From assembly GCA_050011915.1 (NCBI GenBank), contig JBEKIE010000001.1, positions 7,675 to 71,674 on the forward strand: DNA of 64,000 nt, in the 5' to 3' direction. The notes under the pieces are model-generated. The model saw only the letters and a program-made list of their open reading frames with translations. It was not told the origin of the DNA and did not search any database. A program made the translations under genes and the position numbers. The DNA is from Terracidiphilus sp. (GTDB lineage: Bacteria; Acidobacteriota; Terriglobia; Terriglobales; Acidobacteriaceae). Shown here piece by piece: positions 29,464-40,993 of this stretch (positions within the stretch are counted from its first letter, which is position 1; each line of letters opens with the position of its first letter).

Positions 29464-30633
29464 TTACGCATACGTCACCTGCCCAAGGATCACCGCGCGC
29501 TCAGCTCCGGTTGCTGATGGCACATTTCCCGGCAGCCGATGCCAGGTTTGCCATGCCAGCAGCGCGAACGCCGCAGCTTCCTTGGCTTCGGCAGGCAATC
29601 CGAAGGCGTCGCTCGAGCACAAGGTGCATCCCAGCGGTTCCAGGCGCGCGGCCAGCATCTTCATGAGCCTTCGATTGCGCGCACCGCCGCCGGAGACGAT
29701 GAAATCCACGGCGCGGCTTTTCATGAGTGGCTGCACATCGCGCACGTAGCTTCGGGCGATGGTTTCGGCGGTCAAAGCTGTTGCTGTCGCGAGCGCATCG
29801 TGAGCGTCGAGAGACTCTCTCCAACACTTGCTCAGAAACTCCGCCGCGTAAGCCTGGCCGAATTGCTCGCGTCCTGCGGTTTTGGGCGGCCGCAATTTGA
29901 AATACGGATGCCGCAACGCTTCTTTGAGCACTGAATCAAGCACTTTTCCGCGCGCCGCCAGCGTTCCATTGCGGTCAAATTTCTTTTCGAACAGTTTTTG
30001 CGCCAGCCAGTCGATGACCATGTTGCCCGGGCCGGTGTCGAATGCCACTGCGTGGGGCGGGCTTTTGGAAGGGAGGGCAGTCAAGTTTGCGATGCCGCCG
30101 ATGTTCTGCAACACGCGCCCGCGCTTTGCATCTGCGAAGAGGACATAGTCCATAAGCGGAACGAGCGGAGCTCCCTGGCCGCCGGCCAGCATGTCGGACG
30201 GACGAAAGTTCGAGACAATGGGAACGCCCAGTTCCGCGGCAATGGCCTGCGCCTCACCCGCTTGCCAAGTGCAGGCAAACTTCCGGCCTGCATACTTCTC
30301 CGCGCGCGCCTGATGGTAGAGCGTCTGTCCGTGGCAGCCGACCAGATCGAGCCGCAGGTTGTGCTTTTTTGCGGTTTCCTTCACCGCCTCCGCATACGCG
30401 AGTCCCAACCTCCAATTCAGCCGCGCCAGCTCGGCCGTCGAAGTCGATTGCGCGTTCATGGCCGCCAGCACTGCGCGTCGAAGCACAGCGGGATAGGCGA
30501 AATGTTCATGCGCCAGCAACGTGATCTTCTGCCGGGCTGGGGTGGGGGCGGCAATTCGCACCACCGACACATCGATCCCATCGGCCGAAGTGCCGCTCAT
30601 CACGCCGGCCACCGTCATCGCGCGCGTCGTCAC
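29464..30633 (-). CDS. anmK: Anhydro-N-acetylmuramic acid kinase
   Basis: GVMSGTSADGID, HGQT, GGQGAPLVP, NIGGIAN, FDTGPGN, KEAAAFA. Confidence 0.97.
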   Translation of the reverse strand: MTTRAMTVAGVMSGTSADGIDVSVVRIAAPTPARQKITLLAHEHFAYPAVLRRAVLAAMNAQSTSTAELARLNWRLGLAYAEAVKETAKKHNLRLDLVGCHGQTLYHQARAEKYAGRKFACTWQAGEAQAIAAELGVPIVSNFRPSDMLAGGQGAPLVPLMDYVLFADAKRGRVLQNIGGIANLTALPSKSPPHAVAFDTGPGNMVIDWLAQKLFEKKFDRNGTLAARGKVLDSVLKEALRHPYFKLRPPKTAGREQFGQAYAAEFLSKCWRESLDAHDALATATALTAETIARSYVRDVQPLMKSRAVDFIVSGGGARNRRLMKMLAARLEPLGCTLCSSDAFGLPAEAKEAAAFALLAWQTWHRLPGNVPSATGAERAVILGQVTYA

Positions 30634-31736
30634 GCTTTCACCTCGGCAGCGGCCTTCGCCACTGTCTCGCCGAAGCGTAGAATCCGTGCGCGCAACGCCT
30701 CGAACTTCTGCGTACTGAGCGCCGCCGGCATCTTTGCCGGAAATGTCTTGACGCGTTTTCGTGCGGACTCCTTCGCGCGCTCGAGCAGAATCTTATGGAA
30801 GGCCGCCGAGCGCTCGCCCTCGCGAATCAGCGCTTCGTACACCTGCAATATCGGCTCGGGATGATGGCAGATCAGTGCCAGGTCAGCTCCCATGCGCACG
30901 GTGGCAATGGCAGCCTCTGCAATGGGCATGAACTTGGTTACGCCCCCCATCTCCAGATCGTCGGAGACAACAATGCCGCGGTAGCCGATGCGCTTGCGCA
31001 GGACGGTTTGCATCCAGAACTTCGATACGGTTGCCGGGCGATTCGGGTCCGCGGTCAAGGGATATGCTGCGTGGTTCACCATCACCATCGGCAGCTCGTC
31101 GCGCAGCGCGCGGTACGGCTCCAAATCCTCTTTCCATAACTGCTGCCACGTGCGCTCGATCTTCGGAGTCTCGAGGTGCGAATCCAGCGTCCCGCCGCCG
31201 AGCCCGGGAAAATGCTTCCCACATCCAGCCACGCCCTGCGCGGCGAGCCCAGCGAGAAATTCGCGCGCGTAAGCCGTAACGCCCGCGCCGGTCTCGGCAG
31301 CGCAACGCGTTTCCATCACCTTGCGCGACTCCGGCAGCGCCAGATCGAGCACGGGCGCGAACGAGGAGTTGAACCCGAAGGCCTTTGCCGCGCGCGCCAC
31401 TAATTCTCCGTGCTCGCGCTGCAGTTTAGCTCGGCCAGTCGCCCGCGCGGCTTGCGCCACGGCCTGCACCGAAGGAATTGGGGCCAGCACATCGCGCAGC
31501 CTGTCTACCGTTCCGCCTTCCACGTCGACAAATGCCCCGCAATGCGGCGCACAGAATTCGCTTGCTTCGGCAAGCAACGCGCGGGTTTGTTCGCGATCGG
31601 CAATGTTTCGCTTGAAGAGGATGATCCCCGCCGGCCGAACCAGCTTGAGCCACGCGCGCTCCATGGCAGTGAGCTTCTGGTCTCCCAACCCCACGACCAG
31701 CAAACTTCCCGCAGCCTCTCGCAAACTTTCTTTCAT
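30630..31736 (-). CDS. nagZ: Beta-N-acetylhexosaminidase (GH3)
   Basis: [24 protein letters not shown]...DSH, SDDLEM. Confidence 0.93.
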   Translation of the reverse strand: MKESLREAAGSLLVVGLGDQKLTAMERAWLKLVRPAGIILFKRNIADREQTRALLAEASEFCAPHCGAFVDVEGGTVDRLRDVLAPIPSVQAVAQAARATGRAKLQREHGELVARAAKAFGFNSSFAPVLDLALPESRKVMETRCAAETGAGVTAYAREFLAGLAAQGVAGCGKHFPGLGGGTLDSHLETPKIERTWQQLWKEDLEPYRALRDELPMVMVNHAAYPLTADPNRPATVSKFWMQTVLRKRIGYRGIVVSDDLEMGGVTKFMPIAEAAIATVRMGADLALICHHPEPILQVYEALIREGERSAAFHKILLERAKESARKRVKTFPAKMPAALSTQKFEALRARILRFGETVAKAAAEVKA

Positions 31737-34594
31737 CCTTTTTCCTTCAACTCCTGCTGCAGTTCTTCCAGCAGATTGAGTGCCTGCATCGGCGTTAGTT
31801 GATTCACATCAGTTGCCTCGATACGGTCAACAATCTTCTGCGAGAGCGGCGTGAAGATCGTCATCTGCATCGGGTCGGGCTCCGTCTCCACCTGCACGCT
31901 TTGCCGCTCCTGCTTTTCGTGCTGGCGCAGCACGTGCTTGGCGCGCTCGATCACTGCTGCCGGCAGCCCCGCCAGCCGCGCGACTTCGATGCCGTAGCTC
32001 TTGCTCGCTGCGCCGGGCTCAATGTTGTGCAGAAATACGATGCCGCCCGCCGACTCCTTCACGCCCACGCGCAGGTTGTGCACGCGCGGCAGCTTCTCCG
32101 CCAGCATGGTCAGCTCGTGATAGTGCGTGGCAAACAAAGTGCGCGCGCCCACTTCGGCGTGCAGAAACTCCACAGTCGCCCAGGCCAGCGAGAGCCCGTC
32201 GAAGGTCGCCGTTCCGCGGCCCATCTCGTCGAGCAAAATCAGCGAGCGCGGGGTCGCCGTGTTCAGGATAGTCGCCGTCTCCGTCATTTCGACCATGAAC
32301 GTAGAACGGCCGCGGGCCACATTGTCGCTGGCGCCGATGCGCGTATAAATGCGGTCGACCAGGCCGAAGCGCATGGAGTCCGCGGGAACGAAGCTGCCCA
32401 TCTGCGCCATCAGCACCAGCATCGCAGCCTGCCGCAGGTAGGTGCTCTTGCCGCCCATGTTTGGCCCGGTCACGAGCAGCAGGCTCGCCGCTTGCGCGGT
32501 TTTATCTTTTGGAGGGGTTTCTTGTGAGGCGCAGAGGTAAAGATCATTGGCGATGAACCGCCCCTCGCGCGTCTCTTCCATCCACTGCTCGATCACAGGA
32601 TGCCGCGCCGCCACGGCCTCGAGCACCGGCTCATCGGCCAACTGCGGGCGCACGTAGCGCCGCGCCGCGGCCAGATGCGCAAAACTGGCGAGCAGATCCG
32701 CCTCGGCGACTGCGGCAGAGCTGCGGCGGATGCGGCCCGCGCTCTCGAGCACGAACTTCCTCAGTTCGGCAAAGATCCGCTTCTCAATCTCGATGCATCG
32801 GTCGTGCGCGGTGAGAATCTTGCGTTCGTAGTCCTTCAACTCCGGCGTGGTAAAGCGCTCAGCGTTCACCAGCGTCTGTTTGCGCTCGTAGTCCGCGGGC
32901 GCCAGCGCCAGGTTCGCCTTGGTGATCTCGATGTAATAGCCGAAGACCGAGTTATAGCGCACCTTCAGCGATCCGATTCCGGTGCGTTGCCGCTCGCGGT
33001 CCTCGATGGCCGCAATCGCCTGGCGGCCCGAGGAGGAAACGGAGCGCAATTCGTCGAGTTCTGCGTCGACGTTCGAAGCGATGGCGCCGCCATCGACGAG
33101 AGTCAGCGGCGGCTCGGCCACCAGCGTACGAACGATGCGCGTCGTCACGTCGTCGAGCGTGTCGAGATGCGCGGAAATGTCGCGCCATCTGCCTGCCGCC
33201 ATCGCATCGAGAGCGGTTTTCAGTCCTGGCAGCCGCGCCAGGCTTGCCGCAAGCGCGCGCACGTCGCGCGGGCCTGCGGAATCGAGCGAGATTCGCGCCA
33301 GCAGCCGTTCGAGGTCGAGAATTCCGCCGAATGCGCGCCGAACCTCTTCGCGTTTCAGCAGATCGCGGTGCGCCTCAGCAACCGCTTCGTAGCGCGCGCC
33401 TATTTCCGGCGCTGCATTCAGCGGCCGCAAAATGGTCGCGCGCAGCAACCGCTTGCCCATGGGCGTCAGGCACGCGTCGAGGGTGCGAAACAGAGTGACG
33501 CGTTCGTCCTGGCCGGAGAACAGCGGCTCTACGAGTTCGAGATTGCGCACCGTCACCTGATCCAGTTCGAGCGCCGTCGAGTGCTCCTCGAATTTCAGCG
33601 AGTCGATATGCAGCGCTTCATTCTTCTGCGTGGTGCGGACGTAGTGCAGTACAGCTCCGGCTGCGATGGCCGCCGACTCGTGGCCGTTCAGGCCGAATCC
33701 CTCGAGCGAGCGAACATTCAGTTGCCGTTCGACAAGCGGGACAGCAAAGTCACGCGTCCACACCCAGTCCTCAACCCGGGTGCGCGCCGCAACTCGCTCC
33801 AATTGCGCCGGAAGCTCGGCGCTCGCAGCCACCAGCACCTCGCTGGGAGCGGCCATCAAGATCTGATCGACCGCCTGTGCCCGCGCATCGCGCCCAAGAA
33901 ACTCCGCGGTGCGAAATTCTCCCGTCGAAACATCGAGCAGGGCCAGCGCGCAAACCGCTTCAGCGCGTCCCACTCCCGTGGCGTCTTTGTTTTTGCCGTC
34001 AGAATGGGATTCCTCAAAATACGCCGCCAGGAAATTGTTCTGCTCCTGCCCCAGCCCCGCATCCATTGCCGTTCCCGGCGTGAGCACGCGCGTCACCTCG
34101 CGCCGGACAATTTTCTTCGTAAGTTTGGGGTCTTCCATCTGGTCGCACAGGGCGATGCGATAGCCCTTGCGCAGCAGTCGCGTCAGGTACTGCTCCACGG
34201 CGTGGTAGGGAACGCCGCACATGGGAATGCTGCGCTCGCGGTCGCGCGCCGTCAGCGTCAGTTGCAACTCGCGGCTAGCCACCGCCGCATCGTCATAAAA
34301 CAGCTCATAAAAATCTCCCATGCGAAAGAACAGCAGCGCGTCCGGATTCTCCCGCTTCGCTGCCGTCCACTGCCGCATGAACGGCGTGAGTTCGGTGGAG
34401 TTCTTCTCCGGCGGTTGCCTCTCCGCGGGCAGGGAAGTGAGCGCGAATTCTTCCTGAGTGGCAGGATCGTCCGCAAACGGAGAGGTACCGTCTTCGCTGC
34501 CGGGCGCAGGGTGCGGGCCGGTTATGGATCGCAGCGGGTCCGCGTCCGGGGTCGGGGCGTGTACGGAGCGGGGTTGAGAGTCTTCGCGGATCAC
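31733..34594 (-). CDS. mutS: DNA mismatch repair protein MutS
   Basis: [51 protein letters not shown]. Start uncertain, GTG 34594 chosen. Confidence 0.97.
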   Translation of the reverse strand: MIREDSQPRSVHAPTPDADPLRSITGPHPAPGSEDGTSPFADDPATQEEFALTSLPAERQPPEKNSTELTPFMRQWTAAKRENPDALLFFRMGDFYELFYDDAAVASRELQLTLTARDRERSIPMCGVPYHAVEQYLTRLLRKGYRIALCDQMEDPKLTKKIVRREVTRVLTPGTAMDAGLGQEQNNFLAAYFEESHSDGKNKDATGVGRAEAVCALALLDVSTGEFRTAEFLGRDARAQAVDQILMAAPSEVLVAASAELPAQLERVAARTRVEDWVWTRDFAVPLVERQLNVRSLEGFGLNGHESAAIAAGAVLHYVRTTQKNEALHIDSLKFEEHSTALELDQVTVRNLELVEPLFSGQDERVTLFRTLDACLTPMGKRLLRATILRPLNAAPEIGARYEAVAEAHRDLLKREEVRRAFGGILDLERLLARISLDSAGPRDVRALAASLARLPGLKTALDAMAAGRWRDISAHLDTLDDVTTRIVRTLVAEPPLTLVDGGAIASNVDAELDELRSVSSSGRQAIAAIEDRERQRTGIGSLKVRYNSVFGYYIEITKANLALAPADYERKQTLVNAERFTTPELKDYERKILTAHDRCIEIEKRIFAELRKFVLESAGRIRRSSAAVAEADLLASFAHLAAARRYVRPQLADEPVLEAVAARHPVIEQWMEETREGRFIANDLYLCASQETPPKDKTAQAASLLLVTGPNMGGKSTYLRQAAMLVLMAQMGSFVPADSMRFGLVDRIYTRIGASDNVARGRSTFMVEMTETATILNTATPRSLILLDEMGRGTATFDGLSLAWATVEFLHAEVGARTLFATHYHELTMLAEKLPRVHNLRVGVKESAGGIVFLHNIEPGAASKSYGIEVARLAGLPAAVIERAKHVLRQHEKQERQSVQVETEPDPMQMTIFTPLSQKIVDRIEATDVNQLTPMQALNLLEELQQELKEKG

Positions 34595-34867
34595 GCTGGT
34601 TCTAAGACTATCGCGGCGGCGAGGCGCAGGGGTAGCGGGCTGGGCAGTGGAATTCGCGGCCCTAACTTGCCGCGCAAGACCTTCAAACCAAAGTGGAAGA
34701 GCGGCTCGATAAGGCTTTTGCCCGGGGGCTGGCATCGACCGCTGCGGCTTCGGGGCGGCAAGCGGGCCCGCCGGTTGACTCCAATTCGAGTGATATGGGT
34801 CACATCCAATGACGGCGTCGAACGGCACACTGAAGGCCTCGTGCAAGGAATCAAAGGGGCCTCCGCC

Positions 34868-35071
34868 GTGCTGAATCACACTCTCCTACTACAGAAGCTC
34901 ATTGCTATCGAACGTGCGATCGGCGTGGCCGACAACAACACTGTGCGCAACATGGTTTACGAGTCACAAAGCCACCTTCTGCAAATTCAACGCGAAGCCG
35001 TGGAAGTGCTGCCGCTGCGGCCGAGGATCGAGATGGCGCGGCGTTTCCAGCGCATGCGTCAGGTTGCCTAG
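34868..35071 (+). CDS. Small hypothetical helical protein (67 aa)
   Basis: GTG start. [37 protein letters not shown] forms an amphipathic helical pattern. Confidence 0.55.
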   Translation: MLNHTLLLQKLIAIERAIGVADNNTVRNMVYESQSHLLQIQREAVEVLPLRPRIEMARRFQRMRQVA

Positions 35072-35226
35072 GGCGCACCGCCCCGGCTCAGTTTCTGAAG
35101 TTCTTGGGGGTACGGTGAGGCCGATCGCAGTTTAGCGGCCCGCGCATTTTCCTTGACTCCCGTTTGGGCCGATCCCTAAATTGAAGCCACCGGCCTTCGT
35201 TCGCCAATCAATCGGAAAGGAACTCT

Positions 35227-35652
35227 ATGAACCTCCTGCGCATAGTCCTCGCAGCGTTGGGTGCATTCGTTGCCTACATGGCGCTCGGCTTCGCAGTTTT
35301 CGGTCTCTTCCCCTCGCTCAAGACGGAATTCCTCAAGTATCCTGCCGTCTACCGCGACGAAAAGGGCCAAATGAGCCACATGCCCGTCGCCATGGCGGAG
35401 ATCTTAATTTCGATGTTTGTGCTGGCCGTACTCTATGCGCTCGCTTACCAGGGAGGCTCGGGCCTCGTCGAAGGCGCCCGCTTCGGCGCGCTCATCGGCA
35501 TTTTTGCGATTTGCGCCTTTGTCCTGCACAACTACGCCAACCTCAACATCGGACTCAAGCTGACCCTCCAGCAAGCGGCAGCCTACTTTGTCGAATGGCT
35601 CGTTGTGGGCATCGCCATTGGCCTCATCTACCGTCGAGCTTTGCCTCACTGA
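35227..35652 (+). CDS. Four-TM membrane protein (DUF1761-like)
   Basis: AAAGGA RBS and four hydrophobic helices. Confidence 0.8.
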   Translation: MNLLRIVLAALGAFVAYMALGFAVFGLFPSLKTEFLKYPAVYRDEKGQMSHMPVAMAEILISMFVLAVLYALAYQGGSGLVEGARFGALIGIFAICAFVLHNYANLNIGLKLTLQQAAAYFVEWLVVGIAIGLIYRRALPH

Positions 35653-35860
35653 TCCGTTGGAGCAGCCTCAAGCGTCGCCCCCGCTGCTTCTTTGCCGCGC
35701 CCAACCGCGGCAGAGATTTTCGCTGGAGCTAACAGCTCGCGAACCACCTTTCCCTGCATGGCACGCTCTACCCAACCTCTGAAACGAACCCTTATCCCTG
35801 CTTTTAGGTGATTTGCATCACAGTATACTGATCGGTAACGCCTTTAAGGTTAGAGCTGCC

Positions 35861-36694
35861 ATGTACCTGCTTTGGCTACGAGTTGCGGCCATTTTATATG
35901 CCGGCGGATGTGTCTCCATCTTCCCCGCCGTGCTTTCGAAATCCCTGCCCTGGCGCAAGACCTGCGTCCACCTGGGCGGGCTGGCCTTCTTCTTCCACTT
36001 TGTCTCCGTGGTCGAAATGCTGGTGCAGGCGCACCGCTTGATGCCGGTGGGCGTGCGCGAAATCGAGTCGCTGCTCGGATTTGCCGTGGCCGGGCTGTTC
36101 TTCCTGGTTTGGTGGCTCTACGATGCCATCTCCCTTGGAATCTTTGCCTTACCGGCAACGTTCTTTCTGGTATTCATCCCCTCGCTGGGGCCGGATCGTT
36201 ACCGCTTCCCCTCGCAGCGTGTCTGGGTGAGCTGGCTGGTGGCGCACATCATCGCCCTCTTGCTGGCCTATGCCGCCCTCAGCTTCAGCCTGCTGGCTTC
36301 TTTGATGTACCTGGTGCAGGAGCGCCGCATCAAGTCCAAGCCGAAACCGGGCAAACGCGGCTTGTCTCCGCTGGACTGGCTGCCTCCGCTCGACACACTT
36401 GAACGTCTCGCTCTCGCCACACTCGAATTCGGATTTCCCTGCATGACCGTGGGCCTGCTGATCGGCTCCGTCCTGGTGCAGGAAACTTCGCTGGGGGCAG
36501 CTTATTTTCTCGATCCCAATATCCTTGCCTCCTTCGTCATGTGGATCGTTTACGCGACGCTCCTGCTGCTTCGCCGCGGCATGGGAATGCGCGGCCGCAG
36601 AGCTGCCTACGTGTCTGGCGGGGCGTTGGTCGTGATGATGGTGGTTTGGGCCGTCAACTTCTTCAGCCAGGTGCACAGGTTCGGTCCCCAATGA
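35861..36694 (+). CDS. CcsA/HemX-like cytochrome c assembly family membrane protein
   Basis: LVAHI, YLVQERRIK.K, LPPLDTLE, DPNIL. Overlaps the hemA start. Confidence 0.85.
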   Translation: MYLLWLRVAAILYAGGCVSIFPAVLSKSLPWRKTCVHLGGLAFFFHFVSVVEMLVQAHRLMPVGVREIESLLGFAVAGLFFLVWWLYDAISLGIFALPATFFLVFIPSLGPDRYRFPSQRVWVSWLVAHIIALLLAYAALSFSLLASLMYLVQERRIKSKPKPGKRGLSPLDWLPPLDTLERLALATLEFGFPCMTVGLLIGSVLVQETSLGAAYFLDPNILASFVMWIVYATLLLLRRGMGMRGRRAAYVSGGALVVMMVVWAVNFFSQVHRFGPQ

Positions 36695-38091
36695 CACTCG
36701 CACTCATCGGCGTGAATCACAAAACGGCGCCCATCGCGCTGCGGGAGAAGATCGCCATCGGCCGCGATGACCTGGCCGAGACCACGCGCGCTCTCGCCTC
36801 GACGCCGGGAGTCGCCGAGTGCATGATCGTCTCCACCTGCAATCGCGTGGAGCTCGTGGCCGCCGTGGAGGGCTCCGATGTACCGGTCGCGGGATTCCTG
36901 TCGAGCTACTTCGGCATCGACGCCCAGGTGCTTGCTCCGCACTTGTACGAGTACCACGACAAGGAAGCCGTGAGTCACCTGTTCCGCATGGCCGCAAGCC
37001 TTGACTCCATGGTTGTCGGCGAGCCGCAGATTCTCGGCCAGGTGAAAGAAGCCTTCGCCGTGGCGCGCGCCGCGGGAACCGTCTCCAGCCAGTTGGAGCA
37101 TCTTCTGCAGAGCGCTTTTTCGGCGGCGAAAAAAGCGCGGAGCGAGACGGGAATCGGCTCGAATTCGGTTTCGATCGCATCGGTGGCCGTCGATCTGGCG
37201 CGCAAGATATTCGGATCGCTCGAGGGGCGCACGGTTTTCCTGGTAGGCGCGGGAAAGATGAGCGAAATCGCCGCGCGGCATCTCGTGCAGCAAGGCGCGG
37301 GCGCCATCCTGGTGAGCAATCGCACCGCCGAGCGCGCGCGCCGCATGGCTGAGGAGTTTTCCGGCGCAGTGGTCCCGCAGGTCATCGAATTCGACCAGCT
37401 TTACGAAGCGGCCAGCCGTGCGGACATCGTGATCAGCTCCACGGGCGCGCCCCATCCCATCTTCCGGCGTGAGCACGGACAAGCCTTCCTGCAGAAGCGG
37501 CGTAACCGGCCCATGTTTTTCATCGACATTGCGGTGCCGCGCGACGTCGACCCGGAGATGAACAAGCTCGACGGTATCTTCGTCTACGACATCGACGACC
37601 TGCAGCAGGTAGCTGCGTCGCACATGGAGGAACGCAGTCTCCAGGCCGTCGATGCAGAGGCATTGATTGCCGCGGAGGTGGAACGATTCCACCAGCGCCA
37701 GCGCACGGTCAATGTTGCACCGGCCATTGTGGCGCTGCAAAAGAAGGCCGAAGAGATGCGCATCGCCGAGATCGAGCGCATGCACAACCGGCTGGGTCCG
37801 CTTTCGGCCGAGCAATTGGCCGCCGTCGAGGCGCTCACCCGCGGGCTGGTGAACAAGTTTCTGCATCCGCCCATGCAGGCGCTCAAGCAAGCCGCGCGCG
37901 ATGGCGATGAGACGCGTCTCGAGGCGATCTGCGAAGAATGGTCGGTGCCGCCGGCTGCCCCGGTTGAGACGCAGTCCGCAAGCGGGCCGGCTGCAAAGAC
38001 CGATCCAGAAACCTCGCATCCCGAGAGCGGCGAGAGCGAGCGCGTCGTCAACATAAGAGCCTTTCAAGGCGGCATGGGGGCGCGTCGATGA
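36691..38091 (+). CDS. hemA: Glutamyl-tRNA reductase
   Basis: GVNHKTAP, STCNRVE, SLDSMVVGEPQILGQVK, GAGKM, DIAVPRD. Confidence 0.97.
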   Translation: MTLALIGVNHKTAPIALREKIAIGRDDLAETTRALASTPGVAECMIVSTCNRVELVAAVEGSDVPVAGFLSSYFGIDAQVLAPHLYEYHDKEAVSHLFRMAASLDSMVVGEPQILGQVKEAFAVARAAGTVSSQLEHLLQSAFSAAKKARSETGIGSNSVSIASVAVDLARKIFGSLEGRTVFLVGAGKMSEIAARHLVQQGAGAILVSNRTAERARRMAEEFSGAVVPQVIEFDQLYEAASRADIVISSTGAPHPIFRREHGQAFLQKRRNRPMFFIDIAVPRDVDPEMNKLDGIFVYDIDDLQQVAASHMEERSLQAVDAEALIAAEVERFHQRQRTVNVAPAIVALQKKAEEMRIAEIERMHNRLGPLSAEQLAAVEALTRGLVNKFLHPPMQALKQAARDGDETRLEAICEEWSVPPAAPVETQSASGPAAKTDPETSHPESGESERVVNIRAFQGGMGARR

Positions 38092-39056
38092 AGCTGCGCA
38101 TCGGGAGCCGCGGATCGCAGCTCGCACTCTGGCAGGCCAATCACATTGCCGGATTGTTGCGTGTGCAGGGCCACGACGTCGAAATCGAAATCATCAAAAC
38201 TACCGGCGACAAGCTCCAGGAAGTGACGTTTGCACAGGTGGGCTCCAAGGGAATGTTCACGAAAGAGATTGAAGAAGCGCTGGCCGAGGGACGCGTCGAT
38301 CTTGCCGTGCACTCGCTCAAGGATCTGCCCACCGAGCTGCCCGACCCCTTTACACTCGCGGCCACGCCGGTGCGCGTCGATCCGCGCGATGTATTTGTCT
38401 CCGTGAAGCACGCCAATCTCGCAGCACTGCCATTGGGCGCGTGCGTGGGTACCAGCAGCCAGCGCCGCCGCGCGCAATTGAAGGGGCTTCGCCCCGATCT
38501 CGATTTGGTTGAGTTCAGGGGCAACGTCGACACGCGATTGCGCAAACTGGGAGAGGGCCAGGTTGAGGCTATTCTGCTGGCGGCAGCTGGACTCGACCGC
38601 CTGGGCCGCACCGACTGGGTGCGCGAGCGGCTCGATCCTAAAGAGTTTTGTCCTGCCGCCGGCCAGGGAGCGCTCGGTATTGAGACGCGTAAGAATGATG
38701 CCGCGACAATTGCGGCGGTGAGTTTTCTCGATCACGCCGATACCCGCTTTGCCGTCGCGGTGGAGCGCGCGGCCCTTGCTGCGCTGGGTGGCGGTTGCCA
38801 GGTGCCCATCGGCATCCACTGCCGCCAGAAACCGTGGGACCCTTGGGAGGGCGCGAGCGAAACAAGGCTGCGCTATGAGGTCTTTGCCGTCGTCGCCAGT
38901 CCAGACAGCGGCGCCACCGTGCGCGTCTATCTCATGGGCCTGCGCGAGAAAGATGATCCCACTGCGCTCGGCCACGAGACCGCTGCAACGCTTCTCGAAG
39001 CCGGCGCCGGTCCGCTGCTTGCGGCGGCCGACGAAGCGGCAGGCGGAGCTGCCTGA
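38088..39056 (+). CDS. hemC: Hydroxymethylbilane synthase
   Basis: IGSRGSQLALWQ, AVHSLKDLP, GTSS.RR, RGNVDTRL, GGGCQVPIG. Confidence 0.97.
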   Translation: MKLRIGSRGSQLALWQANHIAGLLRVQGHDVEIEIIKTTGDKLQEVTFAQVGSKGMFTKEIEEALAEGRVDLAVHSLKDLPTELPDPFTLAATPVRVDPRDVFVSVKHANLAALPLGACVGTSSQRRRAQLKGLRPDLDLVEFRGNVDTRLRKLGEGQVEAILLAAAGLDRLGRTDWVRERLDPKEFCPAAGQGALGIETRKNDAATIAAVSFLDHADTRFAVAVERAALAALGGGCQVPIGIHCRQKPWDPWEGASETRLRYEVFAVVASPDSGATVRVYLMGLREKDDPTALGHETAATLLEAGAGPLLAAADEAAGGAA

Positions 39057-39850
39057 TGACGGCGCTGCCGCTTGCTGGCCACCGCGCGCTCGAGGGGAAA
39101 CGAGTCCTCGTTACGCGTGCCCTTCACCAGGCGGGCAAACTCAGCGATGCTCTTCGTGATCTTGGCGCTGAGCCTGTCGAAGTTCCGGTGCTCGAAATTT
39201 GCCCGCCTGAGAATTTCGCGCCTCTCGATGCTGCGCTCGGCAATCTCGACCAATACGATTGGCTGATTTTCACGAGCGCGAACGCTGTGCGCTCGGTTGC
39301 AGGGCGCGCGCAAGAGCAGGGAATTACTTTGCTTCCGGCCAAGGGGCAGCGCGTCGCTGCAGTGGGACGAGCCACGGCCGCCGCGATCGAGCAGATTGGC
39401 CTCAATGTGGAGCTGGTCCCCGATTCGTACGTTGCCGAAAGCCTCGTTGTTGTGCTCGCACCCCAGATCGCCGGCAAGCGCGTTCTCCTCGCCCGTGCAG
39501 CCATTGCCCGCGACGTGATTCCCGACGCGTTGCGCGCGGCGGGAGCGCTAATTGACGTCGTTGATGCTTATAGAAATGTCCTGCCCGCAGCCGCGCCGGA
39601 ACTGCTGCGTGCTGCATTGGAAAAGGGAATCGACGCCGCGACCTTCACCAGTTCCTCGAGCGTGACGCATCTTGCCGACGCAGCCCGCGCGGGTGCAATC
39701 GCATTCCCGTTAGCCGGTGTTCGCGCCATCTCTATCGGCCCTATTACTAGCCAAACCTTGCGCGAATTCGGTTGGGAGCCGGCGGCCGAAGCAACCGTAT
39801 CGGACGTTCCCGGGCTGATCGCCGCAGTCGAGCAAGCCCTTCGTGCGTAG
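39056..39850 (+). CDS. hemD: Uroporphyrinogen-III synthase
   Basis: VLVTR, FTSANAV, AVG.AT, FTSSSSV, SIGPIT. Confidence 0.95.
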   Translation: MTALPLAGHRALEGKRVLVTRALHQAGKLSDALRDLGAEPVEVPVLEICPPENFAPLDAALGNLDQYDWLIFTSANAVRSVAGRAQEQGITLLPAKGQRVAAVGRATAAAIEQIGLNVELVPDSYVAESLVVVLAPQIAGKRVLLARAAIARDVIPDALRAAGALIDVVDAYRNVLPAAAPELLRAALEKGIDAATFTSSSSVTHLADAARAGAIAFPLAGVRAISIGPITSQTLREFGWEPAAEATVSDVPGLIAAVEQALRA

Positions 39851-39894
39851 ATGCCAACTCCGCTAACTCCGCGAACAACGCCAGCTCCGCTTCT

Positions 39895-40590
39895 TTACGA
39901 ACTCCATGTCTTGTCCTTCGACCGGCAGAGCGGCTCGAGGTTGCACGCGTTGCATTTTGGATTTCTGGCGGAGCACACCTGCCGGCCGTGATGGATGATC
40001 TGGTGCGAAAAGCGGATCCAGCGGTCGCGCGGAATCACCTGCATGAGCTCCTGCTCCACTCTTTCCGGCGTGTCGCCCTTGGCCAGTCCGAGGCGGCGCG
40101 CGATGCGGAAGACGTGCGTGTCGACAACGACGCCTTCGGCCTTGCCAAAGCAGACGCCGAGCACGACATTGGCGGTCTTGCGCGCTGCGCCGGGAATAGT
40201 GATCAGTTCGGCGAGCGTCTGCGGAACCTGGCCGCTAAAGTCGGCAATGATCTTGCGCGCCGCACCCTGGATGGATTTGGCTTTGTTGCGGAAGAATCCC
40301 GTCGTCTTGATGAGCCCCTCGAGCTCCGGCAGGCTCGCCTTGGCCATAGCATCGGGAGTAGGGAAGCGCCGGAACAGTTCCGGGGTCACCATGTTCACGC
40401 GCACATCGGTGCACTGCGCGGAAAGGATCGTCGCGACGAGCAGCTCCCAGGGCGAGCGATGATGGAGCGCGCACTCAGCCTCTGGATACGCTTCGTCGAG
40501 GCCCTTCAGAATGGCGGCTACGCGGTCGGGTGCGAGCGGACCGCGAGCGGGCTTGGACGGGGTGCTGCGGCTAGGTGACTTTTTCTGCAT
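39895..40590 (-). CDS. nth: Endonuclease III
   Basis: LVATILSAQCTD, HhH motif PGAARKTANVV, VDTHV, C-x6-C-x2-C-x5-C Fe-S motif. Confidence 0.96.
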   Translation of the reverse strand: MQKKSPSRSTPSKPARGPLAPDRVAAILKGLDEAYPEAECALHHRSPWELLVATILSAQCTDVRVNMVTPELFRRFPTPDAMAKASLPELEGLIKTTGFFRNKAKSIQGAARKIIADFSGQVPQTLAELITIPGAARKTANVVLGVCFGKAEGVVVDTHVFRIARRLGLAKGDTPERVEQELMQVIPRDRWIRFSHQIIHHGRQVCSARNPKCNACNLEPLCRSKDKTWSS

Positions 40591-40594
40591 AGGT

Positions 40595-40993
40595 TCAGGA
40601 TAGAAGCCGTGCGTGCTTGCCTTGAGACTTGAGGAGCTTAACCGCTTGCTTATCAAAGCTGACGAACTCCTCGGCGCCAAGCCAGTGACCCTCAAAGGCG
40701 ATGGCGCCGTCGGCGAAGTCTCCTCCTTGATCGAGAACTGCCAATCCGGCTTCGACGGCCGGAAGATGTGTCACAACGTTGGGGCTCGTAATGAGCGAAC
40801 GAATCGAGCGCGCAACCTCTGCAGCGGACCTCTTATACATGCTTCGCATCACCCAGGCGAATTCACAGAGGGCCGCCACTGGAATAGCGACTCGTTCCGC
40901 GGTGCGAAGCACGCGGGCGGCAGAAACGGCTTGTCGTGGATCGTCGCGTACCGCCGCGCGCAGAAGCACATTGGTGTCTGCGGCAATTTTCAC
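40595..40993 (-). CDS. vapC: VapC-family PIN domain toxin
   Basis: DTNVLL, E, DFADG, SFD acidic PIN residues. 4-nt overlap with the antitoxin. Confidence 0.92.
   Translation of the reverse strand: MKIAADTNVLLRAAVRDDPRQAVSAARVLRTAERVAIPVAALCEFAWVMRSMYKRSAAEVARSIRSLITSPNVVTHLPAVEAGLAVLDQGGDFADGAIAFEGHWLGAEEFVSFDKQAVKLLKSQGKHARLLS

Noticed and set aside
32600-34867. 823-aa plus-strand ORF, and similar long antisense ORFs such as 23406-25118, 36607-38127, 44010-45383 and 17333-18610
   Set aside because: Shadow frames of GC-rich genes with no recognisable motifs.
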